DNA of 64,000 bases from NCBI GenBank assembly GCA_965240325.2, contig OZ251228.1, positions 2,790,001 through 2,854,000 of the forward strand. The letters run 5' to 3'. Each line of letters starts with the position of its first letter. Positions within the stretch are counted from its first letter, which is position 1. Shown piece by piece: positions 57,121 through 64,000 of the stretch. Under the pieces are notes generated by a model. It was not told the DNA's origin. It was given only the letters and a program-made list of their open reading frames with translations, and did no database searches. The translations under genes and the position numbers were made by a program. Source of the stretch: Rebecca billardiae RCC1528. Taxonomy: Eukaryota > Protista > Haptophyta.

Positions 57121-60100
57121 GGCGGGCCGTAGGTCCGCCCCTTGTAGTGCCCAGGGAAAAGATAAGAAAAATAAAATAAGAAAGAAACTCGCCCCGCGCA
57201 AAGAAAAGAAAATCGCTTCGCTCACTACCGGGCGCCCTCGCAGCTCCCACTGGGGACGCTCGGCCGAAAAAGAGTTACCCGATGGCGCTGAGCGCATGGG
57301 CGGCGCGCGCCACATCCAACGCCGGCGCGGACATCGTGCGAGGATTCCCGAGACGTGTTTTCGCCCGATTCGCGATTGCTGCCCTCGTCGTCTCGCGTGC
57401 AGGTCAAACGAGGGCTAAAGTCGACGCGTCTGGAGGCACGCTCGGCGCGTCGACACGATCGTGCGACCTGGGGCGATCCTCGCCCGACTTGCACGTCGAG
57501 CGCTCGCACGGGCCATAGCATCAAGCGCTGCGCACGACAGCCACCTCGCGCGATCCACCGCCGCGCGTCGGGCTCGGTGCGGAAAGGCCCTCATCACGAG
57601 GTGTCTCGCGGGCGGGAAGCGCCATCGCACGAGACGCAAGATTTGGCTCGGCCTTCTTGAACTCGATCGCCGGAATCCGCGCACCGGACTCAAGTCGTGA
57701 GTCGTCGCTCGCGGTCCCTCAGCCGAAGCCCACGTCCGGCGTGCATGGCGTCGACGGTGACCAATGCGACGGAAGCGCAGCGCCAACGGCGTACGACGCG
57801 CAGCGGACGCACCTCCCGGGTCTGTCGCCGTGGCAGCAACCGCGTCTTCGCGAGTTGGCGACCCTCGCCGCAGCGCGATACAGACAAGCCCGTGATGCCA
57901 TCCGAAGAGAGATGAATCGTCGAGCATGCAACATCGCCGCGCCATCCTCGTCCATGGCGCAGGCGCTGCGGGACGAGGCGGACGTCGTCACGCCGGTGAC
58001 GGATGCGCTGCGATTCGTGTGCCTGCGTGAGCAGCTCGTGCCCACTCTCGATCGCGAGTGGCACACGCTGTCGCTGTGCGCGCGTGCGCGCACAACCAAC
58101 AGCTCCTCGTGCCGCCAAACACGCGGGCGCCAGACCTGTCGAAGAGGCGAAGAGCGACGACCGCGTGAACGTCAACGCGCTCGTACTCAGCGTGGCGGCC
58201 GTGTACGATGTCAACGCGACCTGCGCCGAGCCCATCATGCCCGGAGCGGACATCGGCAAGCGTCTTCGCGACAACCGCTCTCGGCTGGCGGCAGGAGGAC
58301 ATGCACACGATCTACTCTGGCGGCTTCGTCGGTTGCGAGGCGCTCGATTACGCCATCGCGGTCGAGATGCGGCACATACAGCGCGTACCCGCGCTCGCGC
58401 GGAGCAACGGGCTACCCGCCCCGCCCCGCGTGCTGCACATTCCCTCGTGGGTGTGGGCCTCGCTGATGCGCGCGAACACGTACCGCACCGCGTGGGAGCT
58501 AACTGAGTCACAGGTGTCACTGGTCCGACTGTCCGTCACCCGGCCACGAGCGAATGCTGTGGAAAGACGCGAACCCGTAGAGAAAACATTGCGACAGCAC
58601 TGGCACGGCCCGCCGACCCCCCCGCCCGCCATCAGGGCACAGTACCGTATGTCGTCGTCGTAATATATGGCGGGCCGTAGGTCCGCCCCTTGTAGTGCCC
58701 GGGAAAAAGATAAGAAAAAGAAAAGGAAAAAAGAAAACCGCCTCGCAAAGAAAAGAAAATCGCCTCGCTCACTGCCGGGTCGCTTCGCTCACTACCGGGC
58801 GCCCTCGCAGCTCCCACTGGGGACGCTCGGCCGAAAGAGAGTCCTGGATGGCGCGGAGCGCGTGGGCCGCGCGCGCCGAATCCAACGCCGGCGCGGACAT
58901 CGCGCGGGGATTCCCGAGACGTGTTTTCGCCCGATTCGCGTTTGCTGCCCTCGTCGTCTCGCGTGCAGGTCGAACGGGGGCCAAAGTCGACGCGTTTGGA
59001 GGCACGCTCGGCGCGTCGACACGATCGTGCGACCTGGGGCGGTCCTCGCCCGACTTGCACGTCGAGCGCTCGCACGAGCCATAGTATTAAGCGCTGCGCA
59101 CGACAACCACCTCGCGCGATCCACCGTCGCGCGTCGAGCTCGGTGCGGAAAGGCCCTCATCACGAGGTGTCTCGCGGGCGGGAAGCGCCATCGCACGACG
59201 CAAGATTTGGCGCGGCCTTCTGAACTCGATCGCCGGAATCCGCGCACCGGACTCAGTCATTGCTCGCGGTCCGGTCCCTCAGCCGAGCCCACGTCCGGCC
59301 TGCATGGCGCATGGCGTCGACGGTGACCAATGCGACGGAAGCGCAGCGCTAACGGCGTACGACGCGCAGCGGACGCACCTCCCGGGTCTGTCGCCGTGGC
59401 AGCAACCGCCTCTTCGCGAGTTGGCGACCCTCGCCGCAGCGCGACACAGACAAGCCCGTGATGCCATCCGCAGAGAGATGAATCGTCGAGCATGCAACAT
59501 CGCCGCGTCATCCTCGTCCATGGCGCAGGCGCTGCGGGACGAGGCGGAAGTCGTCACGCCGGTGACTGATGCGCTGCGATTCGTGTGCCCGCGTGAGCAG
59601 CGCTTGCCTACTCTCAATCGCGAGTGGCACACGCTGTCGCTGCGCGCGCGCGCGCGCACGACCGCGTGAACGTCAACGCGCTCGTGCTCAGCGTGGCGGC
59701 CGTGTACGACGTCAACGCGACCTGCGCCGAGCCCATCGTGCCTGGAGCGGACATCGGCAAGCATCCTCGCGACGACCGCTCTCGGCTGGCGGCAGGAGGA
59801 CATGCACATGATCTACTCTGGCGGCTTCGGCGGCGGCGAGGCGCTCGATTACGCCATCGCGGTCGACATGCGGCACATACAGCGCGTACCCGCGCTCGCG
59901 CGGAGCAACGGGCTACCCGTCCCGCCCCGCGTGCTGACATTCCCTCGTGGGTGTGGGCGGCCTCGCGTTGCTGGTCCTTGCACTCGACTGTCCGTCACCC
60001 ACGGCCACAAGCGAATGTGGAAAGACGCGAACCCTCAGAGGATACATTGCGACAGCACTGGCACGGCCCGCCGACCCCCCCCGCCCGCCAGGGCAGAGTT
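57121..60100 (+). mobile_element. Two tandem Helentron-like units (57121-58642; 58669-60100)
   Basis: The second unit is complete here and ends ACGGCCCGCC(60063-60072)GACCCCCCCCGCCCGCCAGGGCAGAGTTT. Confidence 0.6.
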
Positions 60101-60107
60101 TATATAT

Positions 60108-61101
60108 CCCCTTACCGCAGGTTGCTTCTATACGAAGCAAAGATGGGTTCGCCCCCGCGGGTGCGTGCTCGGCGGGCAGGTGGACGCCGCGAGAGGGCGC
60201 GCGATGGCTGAGAGGCATCTTTGTGAGCATGTTCGTGGGCCACCCGAGCCTCATCGCCGCCGCCCTCCCCCTTCTCCGGTGCCACGGCGTCCAAACGGAG
60301 TGCCAAACGAGTGTTCGAGCACGCCCAGAAGCAAAGTTTTGAGGGGTGCTCAGTTCGCCTCTGAGGTGCTCGTATCGCTGCGGTATGGTGCCGCACGCGG
60401 TACCGCATCAGGCGGGGTGAAGGACGTCACCCGCCGGTCGGCTCTCGGGCTGCCAGTCAGTGCCTGTGGTGCTCGGACGCTGCTCTCCGAGCTCGAGATC
60501 CATCATGCGGCTTCCTGTGTGACGTCGGCAATGAGGAGGGTGTACTTGCGCAGCGGGGCGCGCGCGTCGCGCATGTGATCGACACCGAAACAGACGAAGA
60601 AACATGACCGCCCATCCCGCCGAGCTCCTGGCTGACTTGCACTCGGCAATCACGCCGCGCGCGCGGCCTGCGGCTGCTGCGTGCGGCAAGCCGCCAAGCG
60701 TGTCACGCGCGACTGGCAGGTGAGTGAGTTCAGCGCGACGAGTCATGTGAACGCGCGCAGACCAGCGCGTGCAGTACGTACACCGCCTACAGCCATCTCG
60801 ACCGATCGCCTACCTGCCTGAAGCAGCTGCAAGGCGTGCAGCCGGGTGTCGCGGGCACACGGCCAGCCTGGCGGGCACGACACGCCCGTACGGCAGCTCG
60901 GCGCGCTGCCGCGGGATGCCATCGTGGAGGCATTGTAGCTGAAGGGACCAGTCTGGCGGCTGTCTGAGGGTAGCTAGACCATGCCTGCACAGTGTCATGC
61001 GGCGTTCAGCGCCCAAAGGCGCCCTGACTGGCCGCAGGGCGCCCTCAGCGGACGCCGTCAACTTTGCTTCCATACGAAGCAAAGTGAACTGCGGTAAGGG
61101 G
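60108..61101. mobile_element. Non-autonomous TIR element with CCCCTT..AAGGGG ends in an ATAT target
   Basis: ATATATCCCCTTACCGCAG (60102-60120) and CTGCGGTAAGGGGATATAT (61089-61107); subterminal hairpin TTGCTTC-yATAC-GAAGCAA at both ends. Confidence 0.8.
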
Positions 61102-61794
61102 ATATATCGTAATGGCGGGCCGTAGGTCCGCCCCTTGTAGTGCCCGGGAAAAAGATAAGAAAAAGAAAAAGAAAAAAGAAAATCGCCTCGCAAAGAAAAG
61201 AAAATCGCCTCGCTCACTGCCGGTTCGCTTCGCTCACTACCGGGCGCCCTCGCAGCTCCCACTGGGGACGCTCGGCCAAAAACACAGTACCGGGTGGCGC
61301 GGAGCGCATGGGCCGCGCGCGCCAAATCCAACGCCGGCGCGGACATCGCGCGGGGATTCCCGAACGGTGTTTTCGCCCGATTCGCGATTGCTGCCCTCGT
61401 CGTCTCGCGTGCAGGTCGAACGGGGGCGAAATCGACCCGTTTGGAGCGGTACGCTCGGCGCGTCGACACGATCGTGCGACCTGGGGCGATCCTCGCCCGA
61501 CGTGCACGTCGAAAGCTCGCACCGGCCATAGCATCATGCGCTGCGCACGATGACCGCCTCGCGTGATCCACCGTCGCGCGTCGGGCTCGGTGCGAGAAAG
61601 CCCTCATCACGAGGCGTCTCGCGGGCGGGAAGCGCCATCGCACGCGACGCAAGACTTGGCGCGGCCTTCTGAACTCGATCGCCGGAATCTGCGCACCGGA
61701 CTGTCGCGTGCCACAACTTCTCAAGGAACGGGCGCATGCAAATCCGTTTGCGTACAAGCCGTACAAGACCCGGTAGCGACCATCTTTCGCTATC

Positions 61795-63353
61795 TCATAA
61801 CGGAGAGGACCGCTGAGGGACCCTGGCGAGGCTTACGCCGGTCGCCAGTGAAAACCTCAGCCGCGCCGCGAGATCATACGGAGTTGACTGCGAGATCGCG
61901 CTTTCGAGGCGGCGGCGGGCGGGAGCGCGCGCCGGCGCTCTCGCGCGCGCTCGCTGCCCGCAGCGCGCGCGACAGGTCGTCGCGAGCGCGTGCGCACCGG
62001 CGCTAGGGTACATGTCACCTGCGCCCGCCGCTGGCTCGCGCCTGCGCGCTCTCCTCCGCCGGCTGCGGCCCTTGCGAGCGCTCGCTGTGTCCCGCGCCGG
62101 TTCCAAGGAGTCGCGGAAGCATGGTTGCGCGGCCAGCGAAGTGCGGCGTTTGCGGCTTCGCGCGCGCGCGCGCGACGCAGCGAATGGCTCGCGCGAGCTG
62201 ACCACCCAGTACCGCTCGCCGCGTGCGACACGTTCCGACCGTCTGCCCCGCGCTCGACGACGAGGAGCGCTGCTCAGACACCGTGCTTGGTAGACGGGTC
62301 GGCGCTCGGCAGCCGCGCGTCGTCGCGCAGAAGAGGCCGCGCGTGGCCGCCGCAGCTGCAGTGAAATGTGGCCTAGATCCAAATCGTGTCATGAGTTGCG
62401 GAAGAACGCGTGCCTCGCCTCAGCGGTCACTGTTGCCCGTGCATGGCGCGCGGCACGCAAGTTGTCTTCAGAAAGTGTCCCGAGATCACGCGCCGCCACC
62501 GATCGTAGCGGCGTGAGCCGTTGCGCGGAAGAGCTGCGCTCAAGAGCCTCGTGCATGTGTCCTCCGCGCGCTACCAGAGCCACTCCATCGAGTGCTTTAA
62601 GTCGCCTACCGATGGAGTACGATTGGTTCTAAGTTCAAGGCCACTGCCAACAGCACGAGCAGATGTGTGGCCTGGAGCTCATATCGAGTCGCTCGATCTT
62701 GAGTTCGGCGTGATCGCTGAGGCGAGGCACGCGTCCTTCCGCAACTCATGACACGATTTGGATCTAGGCCACATTTCACTGCAGCTGCGGCGGCCACGCG
62801 CGGCCTCTTCTGCGCGACGACGCGCGGCTGCCGAGCACCGACCCGTCTACCAAGCACGGTGTCTGAGCAGCGCTCCTCGTCGTCGAGCGCGGGGCAGACG
62901 GTCGGAACGTGTCGCACGCGGCGAGCGGTACTGGGTGGTCAGCTCGCGCGAGCCATTCGCTGCGTCGCGCGCGCGCGCGCGAAGCCGCAAACGCCGCACT
63001 TCGCTGGCCGCGCAACCATGCTTCCGCGACTCCTTGGAACCGGCGCGGGACACAGCGAGCGCTCGCAAGGGCCGCAACCGGCGGAGGAGAGCGCGCAGGC
63101 GCGAGCCAGCGGCGGGCGCAGGTGACATGTACCCTAGCGCCGGTGCGCACGCGCTCGCGACGACCTGTCGCGCGCGCTGCGGGCAGCGAGCGCGCGCGAG
63201 AGCGCCGGCGCGCGCTCCCGCCCGCCGCCGCCTCGAAAGCGCGATCTCGCAGTCAACTCCGTATGATCTCGCGGCGCGGCTGAGGTTTTCACTGGCGACC
63301 GGCGTAAGCCTCGCCAGGGTCCCTCAGCGAGTCAGCGGTCCTCTCCGTTATGA
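61795..63353. mobile_element. Fold-back element: ~640-bp inverted arms, ~280-bp spacer, 4-bp TSD TATC
   Basis: 61795-62430 is the near-perfect reverse complement of 62710-63353 (mirror ORFs 62015-62392 minus and 62748-63125 plus); TATC at 61791-61794 and 63354-63357. Confidence 0.9.
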
Positions 63354-63417
63354 TATCGCGGCCAAAGATCGCTCGCCGCTCGCGGTCCCTCTAGCCGAAA
63401 ACCCACGTCCGGCCTGC

Positions 63418-64000
63418 ATGGCGTCGACGGTGACCAATGCGACGGAGGCGCAGCGCAAAGCGGCGTACGAGGCGCACCGCACGCACTTGCCGCGTCTGTC
63501 GCCGTGGCCGGAATCGCGTCTTCGCGAGTCGGCGACTGAGGCGACAGCGCGGTACAACCGTTCCAAAGCGATCATCCACAGAGAGATGCAACGTCGCGCG
63601 TGCAAGATCGCCGCGCCATCCTCCACCATGGCACGGGCGCTGCGAGAGGAGGCCGACGTCGTGAAACCAGTGGCACATGCGCTGCGCTTCCAGTGCCTGC
63701 TCGAGCAGCTCGTGCCCACCCGCGATCGCGAGTGGCACACGCTCTCGCACTGCGCGCGCGCGCACCACCGAGAGCTCCTCATACCGCCAAACGTGCGAGT
63801 GCCGGACCTGTCGCGCGGAGCGGCGAGCGCCGACGAGCGCTTGGACCTGGACGCGCTGTTGCGCAGCGTGGCGGCCGTGCACGACGCCGACGCGACCTTC
63901 GCCGAGCCCATCGTGCCCGGAGCGGACATTGGCATCCTCGCGACACACGATCTCAGCTGGCAGCACGAGGAGATGCGCACAATCTCCTCTGGCGGATTCG
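63418..64000 (+). pseudogene. Open frame MASTVTNATEAQRKAAYEAHR..HEEMRTISSGGF, leading into a Ulp1/C48-protease-like segment (absent from the ORF track, no stop in window)
   Basis: Translated by hand; sister copies continue GGFVGCEALDYAIAVEMRHIQRVPALARSNGLPAPPRVLHIPSWVWASLM. Confidence 0.5.

Larger units (their letters stand above)
61114..64000 (+). mobile_element. Third Helentron-like unit (runs off the window) with best-preserved reading frame
   Basis: Same 5' end as the other units; one frame from ~61294 with stops at 61564 and 61774, interrupted by the fold-back insertion, then open from 63355 to the window end. Confidence 0.65.

Overview
GC-rich eukaryotic genomic DNA with GT-AG spliceosomal introns, a flagellar gene and proteins with signal-plus-transit-like presequences. 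This is most consistent with a secondary-plastid alga such as a haptophyte (inference). Bases 1-20.2 kb are gene-dense: CFAP96/C4orf47-like, CruP-type lycopene cyclase-like, sulfotransferase-like, membrane-anchored GH16 glucanase, aldo-keto reductase, a small hypothetical gene and MCM9. This stretch also holds a very young gag-only LTR retroelement (7359-10818; identical 311-bp LTRs, 5-bp TSD, PPT, one 899-aa ORF with a CCHC knuckle, no pol) and a TIR element. Bases 20.4-29.85 kb are an accessory block: a 2OG-Fe(II) oxygenase fragment lacking its metal ligands, a 9x38-aa EsV-1-7-type Cys/His repeat protein with a few hypervariable positions, a (TA)n-embedded MITE and tandem Helentron-like units. 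The block recurs apparently base-for-base at 50235-59632. Between the two copies lie a 100-N gap and two abutting palindrome-rich satellite arrays (~213-bp and 222-bp monomers, the latter with higher-order repeats). The last 4.4 kb holds a CCCC..GGGG TIR element and a third Helentron-like unit, whose reconstructable ORF ends in a Ulp1-protease-like segment and is split by a 1.56-kb fold-back insertion. No rRNA, tRNA or CRISPR array was recognised.
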